Assembly (NCBI GenBank): GCA_965215015.1 | Contig: OZ244042.1 | Coordinates: 10,768 to 74,767 of the forward strand | Length of the DNA stretch: 64,000 nt | Direction of reading: 5' to 3' | From: Candidatus Poribacteria bacterium | GTDB taxonomy: Bacteria > Poribacteria > WGA-4E > PCPOR2b | Shown here: in pieces, positions 46,961 through 56,716 of the stretch | Position numbering within the stretch: position 1 is the stretch's first letter | Layout: every line of letters begins with the position of its first letter | Translations under genes and position numbers: made by a program | The notes under the pieces: generated by a model | What the model was told of the DNA's origin: nothing | Seen by the model: the letters and a program-made list of their open reading frames with translations, nothing else | The model's database searches: none

Positions 46961-48268
46961 CTACTCCTCCTGATAGACCTCCTTGAGTTGTGTGGTGGTG
47001 ATAAACCCCAGCAATCCCATCCCGATGGCAACGGCGAACATTCCTGCATAGTTTACAAGTCCGATGAGTTGCCCCGCGAGCATTGGCATAAAGCTGAACG
47101 GAAAGAGGATTGTGTTTATAAAACCGACATAGCTTGGACGATTCAAGCTTGGTGCAATATTTAGCAGATACGCCATGAACCCTATCGACGAACCGCTCAT
47201 TGATGCGCCGTTGAAGACAAACGTCAGAAAATAGCACGGCACCTGCCACGCCGTCGGCAAGTATTTCACCAAAATCGCAACCAACGGTGATGCACATCCC
47301 AATGCCGAGGTGCAACTGAGGATGTATCGCACACCATATCTCTCCCCTAGGTAACCCCACAGTGCATTTGACATGACACCGCTGATGGAGACAACGGCGA
47401 GAAACGTTCCAATCGTTGCGTCCGGCACTTCCAATTTGAGCAAGGCGTAAGGGACATAAAAAGGGGTGCACATCCCGGCGACGGTGGTACACATTCGATA
47501 GTAAAAGAACCAGCGATAATTCCGATCTGTCTGAAAGAAGTGTGGTCCCTGCTTCAGGTGCTGTCCAAGCGGTTGACGCGCACTTTGGACGGGACGGATG
47601 GGCTCGCGGAGCTGCAGAAAAGTCGTAAGCGACAACGCAATAGCTACCCCCGCGCACCCGAAAAGGAGCGCATAATTCGTTGGGAATACCAATCCGGATT
47701 CAGGGTTTAAGATATATCGGATAAAGAAAAAACCGATGAACACACCGAAGAACCCACCCATCAACTGGCGCAAACTGAAATATCGGGATCGCCGCTGCGG
47801 TTCAATGGATTTGGAAATAATATCCATATACGGAAGCGTGGAAACCCCCATCGCCGAAGATCTGATGAAATAACAGCAGAGAAAGCACGCGGCAAGTAAC
47901 CCGTTGTTTCCAGAACCGACCAAAAGGGTGCAGACGACCATTGTGATCCATGCGAGCAGTCGAAAGCTCATACCGAGGACATAGAAGGGCATCTTGCGTG
48001 GACGGTGTTCTAGCAGATTCGAGATCAGGAGTTGGGGCCACATCCAACCGGCTCGCGTCATCGAACCGGTCAAACCGACAAGCGTGTTTGAGGAAGTGAG
48101 TTTTAAAATAAAGGCAGGGAGAACCGTTGTTGAGTCTGCAAACGCAAAAGAAATTCGTATGAATGTGCCTTGAAGCACAGCAATCCAAAAATTACGGTTC
48201 TGTTCCCGTTCCCTGTCTGTTTCCTGTTGATGCTCGGACTCCGATGTGTTCGTCAGGGCAGCTTTCAT
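46961..48268 (-). CDS. MFS transporter
   Basis: 435 aa with about 12 predicted hydrophobic helices. Confidence 0.8.
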   Translation of the reverse strand: MKAALTNTSESEHQQETDREREQNRNFWIAVLQGTFIRISFAFADSTTVLPAFILKLTSSNTLVGLTGSMTRAGWMWPQLLISNLLEHRPRKMPFYVLGMSFRLLAWITMVVCTLLVGSGNNGLLAACFLCCYFIRSSAMGVSTLPYMDIISKSIEPQRRSRYFSLRQLMGGFFGVFIGFFFIRYILNPESGLVFPTNYALLFGCAGVAIALSLTTFLQLREPIRPVQSARQPLGQHLKQGPHFFQTDRNYRWFFYYRMCTTVAGMCTPFYVPYALLKLEVPDATIGTFLAVVSISGVMSNALWGYLGERYGVRYILSCTSALGCASPLVAILVKYLPTAWQVPCYFLTFVFNGASMSGSSIGFMAYLLNIAPSLNRPSYVGFINTILFPFSFMPMLAGQLIGLVNYAGMFAVAIGMGLLGFITTTQLKEVYQEE

Positions 48269-48423
48269 AGTCAGTTTCGTTTTCCCTCTACACCTCTATC
48301 GAACCTTGCTGACAAGACTCCATGCCTTTAGGCTAGGGACAGCTGGTTAGGTATCACCTAACATTATAGTCAGTCGAAGTGCGTTGATATATAAAAACTG
48401 GTGAATTTATAAGTAAAATAGAG

Positions 48424-48505
48424 TTAGGAGCTCCACACTTGAGTTTGTAGTAACGCCATTCGACCCACGTCTTTAAGGGAGTCAGCATACAGAGTATGCC
48501 ATCCC
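48424..48505 (+). repeat. Module X intergenic repeat, copy 4, plus hairpin
   Basis: ttaggagctccacacttgagtttgtagtaacgccattcgacccacgtctttaaggga, then gcatacAGAgtatgc. Confidence 0.75.
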
Positions 48506-48990
48506 CCCCTTCCCCCGCTAAATACCCTGTGGGTTGTCCGTCAGTTCCTGGCTCATTGAGTCTACCCCCCTCAATCCCCCCGAAAGCAGGGGGAGACAGA
48601 ACCACCCCCCTCAATCCCCCCGCAAGCAGGGGGAACGTATCGGTAGTTGGCACCTCTTTGCCCCTCCCCGCTTGCGGGGAGCTCTGTTCCGCCACGCTTA
48701 CGGCCTCTTCCCCTCCCTGCTTGCGGGGAGGGGCTAGGGGTGGGGTTCTTAGGGGGACACCCCACCGGGTTGCGGCCCCGCTTGCGCCCTTCCCCCTGCT
48801 AAACACCCTGTAGGTTGTCCGTCAGTTCCTGGCTCATTGAGTCTACCCCCCTCAATCCCCCCGAAAGCAGGGCGAAGAGATACCGTATCGGTATTTGGCA
48901 CTTCTTTTCCCATCACCCCTTGCAGCCTCTTCCCCTCCCTGCTCGCGGGGAGGGGCTAGGGGTGGGGTTCTTGCGGTTTATGAATCTCGA
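48496..48990. repeat. Complex array of G/C-rich hairpin repeats, including a ~190-bp unit duplicated at 48510-48700 and 48790-48980
   Basis: Repeated ccccctcaatccccccg(a/c)aagcaggggg and cctcttcccctccctgcttgcggggaggggctaggggtggggttctt. The sub-motif ccctgtgggttgtccgtcagttcctggctcattgagtcta also occurs at 56247-56290. Confidence 0.8.
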
Positions 48991-49038
48991 CTTACAGCGT
49001 TTGCAGAATCGGCGACAGTAAAATGCCAACACGGCATA

Positions 49039-50145
49039 TCAAGTCCGGGGGCTATACCTAGGTTGTCGAGGGGCACGGTCTCGCAGGAGCCGAATCGGAC
49101 GCCCCTGCAGCGGCAATTCGACCCGTGCCCCACCACAAAGATGTGATTCGATGGTTGCAAAGATTAGCTCTGTGCCAGCGTGTGCAACCCGCACCCCGCC
49201 GCGTGGTGGCTCGCCGGTGTCAAGTGAATGGACGAGATCTTCCACGAGTCGTAGGTTGGGACTGGCTGGTTCGTAGTCGGGAAACGCTGCGTCCACAACC
49301 GTCGGCTGCCCCCGGTAACCCGGTGGCCCCTCTGCTCGCATTCGATACACGCTGTTGGGCAAGGCGGTCAAACTCCCTTTTTCACAGTTGACTTCCCACT
49401 CAATTTCACGGCTAGGGGTTACAGCATACGCTGTCATGTTGTTCTCAAAATGAATAACCCCGTGCCCAACCGGGTCCTCGGTCAATCGGTCCCCGTCAAC
49501 CTGCCAATTGCCCTCCCTCAGATGCGCTTGCACCCAAACTGCACGGCGGTCACTATTTAGGAACAACAGGTTATCATAGTAATGACTGGCTCCATTAAAC
49601 AGCGTGCTACCGTTGAAGATAATCGTCTTTGGGGCACCAAGTTTGCCGCTGTCGATGATTTCCTTCATTTTAGTGAAGCCGGGATGCCACCGCCGTTGGG
49701 TGCCGAGGTTAAAGAAGACACCGTTCCGCTCGCAGGTTTCAACCATTGCATCAGCTTCTGCCATTGACGCTGCCATCGCCTTCTCAGCATAGATTGCTTT
49801 GGCACTGTGCTCGGCGGCATAGATGACGATTTCAGCACGATGCTCCGGCTGTGTAGCGACACTGACAATGTCGGGCCGCTCTTTGTCAATCAATTCTTTG
49901 TAGTTGGTGTACTGTTTTTCTTTTGGGATATTATACTGCACTCCAACTTCAGCCATGACCTCTGGACGGAGGTCTGAGCACGCAATCAGGTCTGTTCTAT
50001 CGCAGGCGGTAAATACTGCCGTGTGCGAATAGGGAGGCACATGCCCTGGTGCCCCAACAACCTCATTGTCGATGAACGCTCCCATGCGGCTGCATCCGAT
50101 AACCGCTGCTCGATATGTCTTCAACATCAATTCCTCCCGATACAC
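49039..50145 (-). CDS. Gfo/Idh/MocA family oxidoreductase
   Basis: MLKTYRAAVIGCSRMGAF... NAD-binding N-terminus. The 3' end reads into the G-rich repeat region, so the true stop is uncertain. Confidence 0.75.
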   Translation of the reverse strand: MYREELMLKTYRAAVIGCSRMGAFIDNEVVGAPGHVPPYSHTAVFTACDRTDLIACSDLRPEVMAEVGVQYNIPKEKQYTNYKELIDKERPDIVSVATQPEHRAEIVIYAAEHSAKAIYAEKAMAASMAEADAMVETCERNGVFFNLGTQRRWHPGFTKMKEIIDSGKLGAPKTIIFNGSTLFNGASHYYDNLLFLNSDRRAVWVQAHLREGNWQVDGDRLTEDPVGHGVIHFENNMTAYAVTPSREIEWEVNCEKGSLTALPNSVYRMRAEGPPGYRGQPTVVDAAFPDYEPASPNLRLVEDLVHSLDTGEPPRGGVRVAHAGTELIFATIESHLCGGARVELPLQGRPIRLLRDRAPRQPRYSPRT

Positions 50146-50399
50146 GAAACATATAACAACTCAAGTTGCCCCCTAAAGCCCCAGCAGAGCGACAGGTGTC
50201 AACTTGCCTACCCTTCTGAAGTTCCCACGTACGATCTATTTTTACCTTAGCATAAAATGACTAATCTGTCCAAATATTTATGTATAAGTCTTGGTTGCGG
50301 AAAGATCAATTTAGTAAAATATTAGATATCGCCCCTGTGCAACCTGTGATTCTCTTCGTGCTTGCCTTCCTGATGTTCCGACACTCCCGTAAAAAAAAG

Positions 50400-50428
50400 T
50401 TGACAACTCCTAAAATATGGGTTATCAT
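50400..50428 (+). promoter_or_regulatory. Near-consensus sigma-70 promoter with upstream A-tract
   Basis: aaaaaaaag TTGACA actcctaaaatatgggt (17 nt) TATCAT. Confidence 0.6.
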
Positions 50429-50440
50429 GTACTGATTAAG

Positions 50441-50460
50441 AATTTAGGAGTGCCTAAATC
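50441..50460 (+). promoter_or_regulatory. DtxR/MntR-type palindromic operator candidate, overlapping the +1 region
   Basis: aaTTTAGGagtgcCCTAAAtc (TTAGG-N5-CCTAA inverted repeat) lies 12 nt downstream of the -10 and upstream of the regulator and metal ABC genes. Confidence 0.5.
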
Positions 50461-50853
50461 TAATTTTTGGATGGTCAAGAATCAATAACCCCGTCCTAAA
50501 GGTCAGAGCTTGTACGAAGCGAATGCCACCCGCCGCTCCACAAGCTAAACCGTTGACTACACAGATGGTAACTTAGCTGTCTCTGCGTGGTAGCAGTCAC
50601 CAGATGATACGGATGCCTCCTTATGGAGAATTACTGATGTTCGTCCCAGTTGTAAACAAAAAATCAAAAACTGTTGATGCCTACCAAGCCCGCCCGTGCC
50701 CGGCGGTGGATTAAACAGGGCACAGTCAATCCCTTCTTTAACAAAGGTGTGTTCTGTGTTCTATTAAATATTGAGCCATCTGATAGCCAACTTGACGATA
50801 AGGAGCGCAGTTGCCTCCACACCATAGAAAGATGGGGAACTGCGAAGATCTTG

Positions 50854-51522
50854 ATGATAACCCATGCGATGGAAGATTATCTGAAGACAGTCTACTTGCT
50901 GCAAGAAGGTCGGGAGAAAGTCTCTACCTCTGCTATAGCCCAGCAAATGGATGTTTCTGCCGCATCTGTCACCGGTATGATCCGAAAGTTGGCAGCGATG
51001 GGATTCTTGAATTACGCCTCCTATCACGGCGTTGAATTGACAGAAGGTGGAAAAAAAATCGCTCAAGAAATTATTCGTCATCATCGGTTACTGGAACTTT
51101 ATCTCGTGGAAATCATGGGATTTACTTGGGACAAAGTGCACGATGAGGCGGATAAACTGGAACATGTTATCTCCGAGGAGTTTGAGGAAAGGATGAGCGA
51201 GGCGTTGGGACATCCGACAACCGACCCGCACGGACACGCTATCCCAGCCAAGGATGGTGCACTCCAAGAAGTTACTTATGAAACGCTGACAGAGGTGAAT
51301 GTGGGCAGTTCTGCTACCGTTCAGCATGTCAATGATAATAATCCCGAAATGCTGCGTTACCTCGATCAGCTGGGTTTGCTGCCGGGCACCGTTGTCCAAG
51401 TTATGGCGAAAGAACCATTTAATGGACCATTGCGTTTGAGGATTGACCAGACCGAACACTTTGTTGGTCTCGAAGTCGCAGGAAATGTGTTTGTAAGTCC
51501 TCAGACCACCTTATCTGCATGA
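50854..51522 (+). CDS. DtxR/MntR-family metal-dependent transcriptional repressor with C-terminal FeoA/SH3-like domain
   Basis: MEDYLKTVYLL...SAASVTGMIRKLAAMGFL...RHHRLLELYLVEIMGFTWDKVHDEADKLEHVIS. The ORF track starts at 50674, but homology begins at MITHAMEDYL (ATG 50854 or 50869). Confidence 0.85.
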   Translation: MITHAMEDYLKTVYLLQEGREKVSTSAIAQQMDVSAASVTGMIRKLAAMGFLNYASYHGVELTEGGKKIAQEIIRHHRLLELYLVEIMGFTWDKVHDEADKLEHVISEEFEERMSEALGHPTTDPHGHAIPAKDGALQEVTYETLTEVNVGSSATVQHVNDNNPEMLRYLDQLGLLPGTVVQVMAKEPFNGPLRLRIDQTEHFVGLEVAGNVFVSPQTTLSA

Positions 51523-51566
51523 CGTTTGCACCGATCGAAATTTGTGTGATGCCAATTTAAGAAAGG

Positions 51567-52544
51567 GTGAGGAAAAGTATGCACATAATCTATGGGTTGT
51601 TAGCTTTCGTGATGATATTATTTGTTACTTGCGACCATCAATCGGACAAGGCTAGCCAGAAGACGTCAAGCTCAACAGGTATATCCAGCCAGAAACCGAT
51701 TCGCGTAGTGACAACAATCGGCATGATTACCGATATTGTTCAGAATATTGGAGGGGACCGGGTTAATGCGACGGGATTGATGGGACCCGGCATTGATCCA
51801 CACCTATACAAAGCGAGTGAAGGCGATGTGGCTCGGCTCGCAGGTGCTGACCTCATCTTTTACAATGGTCTGCATCTAGAGGGGAAAATGGCCGGTGTGC
51901 TCGAAAGGATGCAGGACCAAGTAAAGACAGTTGCTGTAACACAGGACATTGATAGGGAGATACTGTTGGCTCCACCAGAGTTTGAAGGGGCATACGACCC
52001 GCACGTATGGTTCAATGTCACTCTTTGGATGAAAGCGGTTCAACGTATACGGGATACGCTCATTGAGGTGAATAAGAGCAGTGCAGCGTTGTACCAGACG
52101 AATACAGAAGATTACCTAGCAAAGCTAGAGGAACTGCACAATTATGTAACACAGCAAGCGGAGCGGATACCTTCTGACCGAAGAGTGCTCGTCACGGCTC
52201 ACGATGCCTTCAATTACTTTGGCCGCGCTTACGGATTTGAAGTGCGCGGTCTTCAGGGAATTAGTACCGCAACTGAAGCGGGCACAGCTGATGTGCAAGC
52301 ACTCGTGCGGTTTATCGTCGAACGCCGCATCCCTGCTATGTTTGTCGAAACATCCGTGCCCCGCCAGAGCATCGAGGCAGTACAAGCCGCTGTCAAAGCG
52401 AAGGGATTTGCTGTAGAGATTGGCGGGCAGCTTTTCTCAGATGCAATGGGAGCGACGGGAACTCCAGAAGGCACGTACATCGGGATGGTGCGTCATAACA
52501 TTGATACAATCGTCGCATCGCTTCTGCAATCGGCGACAGACTGA
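51567..52544 (+). CDS. Metal (Mn/Zn/Fe) ABC transporter substrate-binding protein, TroA/ZnuA cluster-9 family
   Basis: Signal peptide; VVTTIGMITDIVQNIGGDRV...DPHLY...DPHVWF are typical of TroA/ZnuA/MntC. Confidence 0.85.
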   Translation: MRKSMHIIYGLLAFVMILFVTCDHQSDKASQKTSSSTGISSQKPIRVVTTIGMITDIVQNIGGDRVNATGLMGPGIDPHLYKASEGDVARLAGADLIFYNGLHLEGKMAGVLERMQDQVKTVAVTQDIDREILLAPPEFEGAYDPHVWFNVTLWMKAVQRIRDTLIEVNKSSAALYQTNTEDYLAKLEELHNYVTQQAERIPSDRRVLVTAHDAFNYFGRAYGFEVRGLQGISTATEAGTADVQALVRFIVERRIPAMFVETSVPRQSIEAVQAAVKAKGFAVEIGGQLFSDAMGATGTPEGTYIGMVRHNIDTIVASLLQSATD

Positions 52545-52631
52545 TAGGGGTGTGGCCACCTTTTGTTTGTAGGGTGCAACAATCGTTGAACCCTATAACA
52601 TGTGTTCACCCAAAAATAGATAGGCGAACGA

Positions 52632-53522
52632 GTGTCGGTGTGCGAGAGGAGGACGAATGATATGGCAAAATCCCTTAATAATCCATTGGCGATTGAGGTT
52701 GCAGATTTGACCGTGGCGTACCGGGATCAACCTGTGTTGTGGGACGTAGACCTTAACGTACCATCGGGGGTCCTCATGGCAATCGTCGGGCCCAACGGTG
52801 CAGGCAAAACGACGCTCATCAAAGCAATCTTGGGGCTAGTGACACCGGCAGCCGGGCGAATATTAATCTACGGTCAACCCTACGCCGATCAGCGGCAACT
52901 TGTGGGATACGTCCCGCAACGCGGGAGCGTTGATTGGGATTTTCCGACAAGTGTATTGGACGTAGTCATGATGGGATGTTATGGTGCACTGGGATGGGGA
53001 CGTCGCCCGGGCCGTCAGGAACGTGTACGAGGAATGGAAGCCCTTGAAAATGTTGGGATGCTTGACTTTGCAGACCGGCAGATTAGTCAGCTCTCCGGCG
53101 GACAACAGCAGCGGGTCTTCTTGGCACGGGCACTAGTGCAGGACGCCCAAGTGTATTTCATGGACGAACCATTTCAAGGCGTTGATGCGACGACCGAGCG
53201 GGCAATCGTTGCGCTTCTGCAAGACCTGCGCGCTGCTGGTAAGACCGTCATTGCTGTTCATCACGACTTGCAGACAGTGGCGGATTACTTCGATTCCGTA
53301 ACGCTGCTAAACGTGCGTCGAGTTGCTAGTGGTCCAGTGAAGGAAGTATTTACAGAGCAGAATCTCCGACTGGCGTACGGTGGTCGCGTCGCTTTTCTCA
53401 GTCGAAATGATCAGGCTGATGGGACCACAGGACAACCTGATGCAACATTATCTCAACCTGTTGGCGAAACCACAACTGTACAGGTTGACAAACCGATGGA
53501 CACCTCGCTCCGTCTATCTTAG
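52632..53522 (+). CDS. Metal ABC transporter ATP-binding protein
   Basis: Walker A GPNGAGKTT, signature LSGGQQQR, Walker B VYFMDEP; probable start ATG at 52662. Confidence 0.9.
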   Translation: MSVCERRTNDMAKSLNNPLAIEVADLTVAYRDQPVLWDVDLNVPSGVLMAIVGPNGAGKTTLIKAILGLVTPAAGRILIYGQPYADQRQLVGYVPQRGSVDWDFPTSVLDVVMMGCYGALGWGRRPGRQERVRGMEALENVGMLDFADRQISQLSGGQQQRVFLARALVQDAQVYFMDEPFQGVDATTERAIVALLQDLRAAGKTVIAVHHDLQTVADYFDSVTLLNVRRVASGPVKEVFTEQNLRLAYGGRVAFLSRNDQADGTTGQPDATLSQPVGETTTVQVDKPMDTSLRLS

Positions 53523-53553
53523 AGTAAACTTACCTTAGGAGGTTATTTTTTTA

Positions 53554-56223
53554 ATGACACGAAAACTGTTGGTTGTTACTGCTACACTTTTGATTATCTT
53601 TTCTCTAAAGGTTCAAGCCAAATCTGGTGATGCACCGTATCAAAAGCTACAGGTAAACACGGCACAAGCAGTTACCTTTGAATCAACATCTACTGATGTT
53701 GGAAATCTAGTGGTTATCAACGGTAACGAGCATATCGTCCAGCCGAAGAACGCTTTCGATTTAGCGGGACACGGTTTACGTTTCACGCCTAATGACCCGG
53801 ACGGATACGATGTATCTATGCCAGAAGAGATTGAGTTTGTTAAAGCCTTTGGGGATGTATTGAATCTGAATGATGACGACAGTAAGAAGATCGATATCGG
53901 GTTTAATTTTCCATTTTTTGGTGAGGAACATACGGAGGTTTTTGTCAATTCAGACGGAAATTTAACATTCGGCAAAGGGGATGCCGCTTCGCAGGCGCGG
54001 GACTTGCAACGATTTTTGGGAGAGGCCCCTCGCATCGGTGTGTTGTACACTGATCTGAATCCGTTCTCCGGCGCAACTGTTGAGGTAAAGCAATCCTCTA
54101 GACAAGTTACCGTCACTTGGTTCAATGTTGAGGCCTTCAGCGAATACCTCTTTAGTGGAGAGGCCATTACAATGCAGGTTGTCCTGTTCAATACAGGCAT
54201 CATTGACATCGTTTTTGAAAAGTCTGATATAAGAACAGGTATTGTTGGAATATCCCCCGGCGGACTCAATGATGCCTTTCAAGTGACTTTAGTGGACTAC
54301 TCCGACAATTTGCCACTTGAAGGGACAATGGGGGCTATCGCAGAAGTCTTCGTAGAGCTACCAACCGTCAACCTACAGAATGTTGCTCGCGAGTTTTACC
54401 GGACCCATGGCGACGATTTTGATAGTTTAGTTCTCTTCACTAATTTTGAATCGAACCTAGACCAGGTCGGGGTTCTAGCATTTGCTATTTCCGTCCAGAA
54501 TGATGTGTTAGGCATTGGCAACCCAAACAGAGGCGAAATCTTTCCACAATTTGATGACACCGCCGCTTATGGCAGCCAGGGCAAACTAAGAACCTTCCTC
54601 GGTATGAAAAACTTGAAGGTGTGGGAGGACGATCCCTTGGAGAATACTTTTGGTCCAGCGACATCCACGCTGAGTGTACTCGCGCACGAATTTGGGCATC
54701 GGTGGATCGCTTACATCGATCCACCCGATTTATTAGGTCGGGATTTTGCACATTGGAGTTTTTTCCTGCATACCAGTGGGTCTGTTATGGGCGGCAATGA
54801 TATCCAAGATAACAGGGATGGCACTTTTACTACCCTGGCACCAAAAGATCTTTATAGCCCGCTCGATTTATATTTGATGGGGTTGCTAAAGCCAGAAGAG
54901 GTTCCCCCTACCTTCTTGGTGGCCAACGCCTATGATTTGGACATCCCACCTCCTTATGATGAACAGTCTATCTTTTCAAATGATTTACGATACTTGAATC
55001 CCTTGGGAGACGTTAGTTTTCGGGGGGAAAAACAAGAGATAAAAATTGAAGATATTATTTCGATAAACGGAGAGCGAATCCCCGATGCTGAATCCTCTCA
55101 GAAGGACTTTCGGACTGCGTTTATCCTGCTTGCCATGGGTGAGGAGGGACCCACTCCTGACGAGATCGACAAGGTGGAGGCTGTCAGACTGTACTGGCCC
55201 CCTTTCTTCCATCGCGCCACGAACAACTTGGCAACGATGGTGAGCACCCTCGATGGTTCACCTGAAAACGTTAGGTTGCCCAGTGGAGATGAACACGAGG
55301 AGCGCATTTTTAATTTTACACTGCATCTAAATAACGGGTTAAATATCATTTCACCGCCGCTACGCCCACCAACGCCGCTGACAGCGCGCAGCTTTATGGA
55401 AATGGTCGGATCGACGGTTATTATCGCTGCCTTGGAAAATGGAGAGTTCATATCTCATACCAACGCAACACCCGGGGATGGATTTCCGATTGAAGGTGGA
55501 CGGGGGTATATTGTCAACACGCCGGAAGGAGGGACGGTCACATTCACAGGAGAACCCTGGGACGATTCCGATTCGACCCAAGCTGCTGAATCGGCGAGTG
55601 CCCCACCTGTCAACGGAACGCTTTGGGCGTTCGTCATTGATGGGGTTCTGGGCAGAGAAGGGTTCCAAGAATCTTACCAAATTACCGTTGATAATCTCAG
55701 GATAGGTAGTCGATTGACGGAAGGATTAGCAGAAGCAGGGGGCAGATTTACTTTAGGCTATGCCGATTTGAGTCGAACCCCAATCGTCCAAGTTGGCGAT
55801 ACTTTGCGTTTGACGCTTACCGATATCACTTTAGGTAAACCTATCGGCAAGACAGACTATACCATCACAGCCAATGATATTCGGAAGGCATATACAACAC
55901 TTCACCTAACCTTCGATAGCATTGCCCCGATGCACACCCAGCTGCTTCAGAATTACCCAAATCCATTCAATCCTGAGACGTGGATTCCATATCAACTCGC
56001 CTCTGATGCGGATGTGTCTATCATCATCTACACCCCATCAGGTGAACAGATACGCACAATCTCGTTAGGTAGTCAAGCTGCTGGCTCATATCTTACCAAA
56101 GGACGCGCAGCTTATTGGGACGGGCGCAACGGACGTGGTGAGCTAGTCAGTAGTGGCCTCTATTTTTACCATCTACAGGCTAGTGACTTTACGGATGTCA
56201 AACGGATGATCATCCTAAAATAA
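53554..56223 (+). CDS. Secreted HEXXH zinc metallopeptidase with T9SS C-terminal sorting domain, inserted inside the metal ABC operon
   Basis: Signal peptide MTRKLLVVTATLLIIFSLKVQA; LAHEFGHRW (about nt 54682); C-terminus NYPNPFNPETWIPYQLAS...YWDGRNGRGELVSSGLYFYHL...KRMIILK. Confidence 0.8.
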   Translation: MTRKLLVVTATLLIIFSLKVQAKSGDAPYQKLQVNTAQAVTFESTSTDVGNLVVINGNEHIVQPKNAFDLAGHGLRFTPNDPDGYDVSMPEEIEFVKAFGDVLNLNDDDSKKIDIGFNFPFFGEEHTEVFVNSDGNLTFGKGDAASQARDLQRFLGEAPRIGVLYTDLNPFSGATVEVKQSSRQVTVTWFNVEAFSEYLFSGEAITMQVVLFNTGIIDIVFEKSDIRTGIVGISPGGLNDAFQVTLVDYSDNLPLEGTMGAIAEVFVELPTVNLQNVAREFYRTHGDDFDSLVLFTNFESNLDQVGVLAFAISVQNDVLGIGNPNRGEIFPQFDDTAAYGSQGKLRTFLGMKNLKVWEDDPLENTFGPATSTLSVLAHEFGHRWIAYIDPPDLLGRDFAHWSFFLHTSGSVMGGNDIQDNRDGTFTTLAPKDLYSPLDLYLMGLLKPEEVPPTFLVANAYDLDIPPPYDEQSIFSNDLRYLNPLGDVSFRGEKQEIKIEDIISINGERIPDAESSQKDFRTAFILLAMGEEGPTPDEIDKVEAVRLYWPPFFHRATNNLATMVSTLDGSPENVRLPSGDEHEERIFNFTLHLNNGLNIISPPLRPPTPLTARSFMEMVGSTVIIAALENGEFISHTNATPGDGFPIEGGRGYIVNTPEGGTVTFTGEPWDDSDSTQAAESASAPPVNGTLWAFVIDGVLGREGFQESYQITVDNLRIGSRLTEGLAEAGGRFTLGYADLSRTPIVQVGDTLRLTLTDITLGKPIGKTDYTITANDIRKAYTTLHLTFDSIAPMHTQLLQNYPNPFNPETWIPYQLASDADVSIIIYTPSGEQIRTISLGSQAAGSYLTKGRAAYWDGRNGRGELVSSGLYFYHLQASDFTDVKRMIILK

Positions 56224-56307
56224 CGCAAGTTGCCACTTAAAGCCCAAATGCCCGGTGGGTTGGCCGCCAATTCTTGGCTCATTGAGCCTAGAACAGTTTA
56301 GTGAGGG

Positions 56308-56540
56308 GTGCTCATAAAGGAGTCGGCACGCCCAGCGTGCCGTAAGCCCCACAATCGTTATAGTATATGGCTTGGCTAACACGCAACTGTCATTGAACTC
56401 CCAACATAATTTGAAGAACAAAGTACCTCCAACCCCGTAGGTGGGGCATCTTGCCCTATCTCCCACCTGGGGCCCATATCTGTATCCGTGCAATCTGCTG
56501 CATCTGCTAAATTCGAGATTCAGACAATTATTATGAGCAC
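56308..56540. mobile_element. MITE-like nonautonomous element (233 bp) with ~16-bp terminal inverted repeats
   Basis: Left end TGAGGGGTGCTCATAA, right end TTATGAGCACGCCTCA, with GTTTAG immediately outside both ends (possible TSD). Internally homologous to the 27337-27461 copy. Sits between the metallopeptidase and permease genes. Confidence 0.6.
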
Positions 56541-56716
56541 GCCTCAGTTTAGTGAGTGTTCGGGTATTTGCGATAAACGCACCAGATTCGTTATAGGCCC
56601 AACGGGCCAACAGGGACCAAATCGAAAAAGAGGAAACGAGGGCTTTTGTCTTTGCTCCCTTTCTCACCCTTTCACTTGCTTCCTTTCATTAATAGGTAGC
56701 CACAATAGGTCAGCGA

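Noticed and set aside
50674-50853. 60-codon N-terminal extension of the DtxR/MntR gene suggested by the ORF track
   Set aside because: Family homology begins at MEDYL, and the extension has no regulator-like sequence. It more likely belongs to the 5' leader; an in-frame uORF remains possible.
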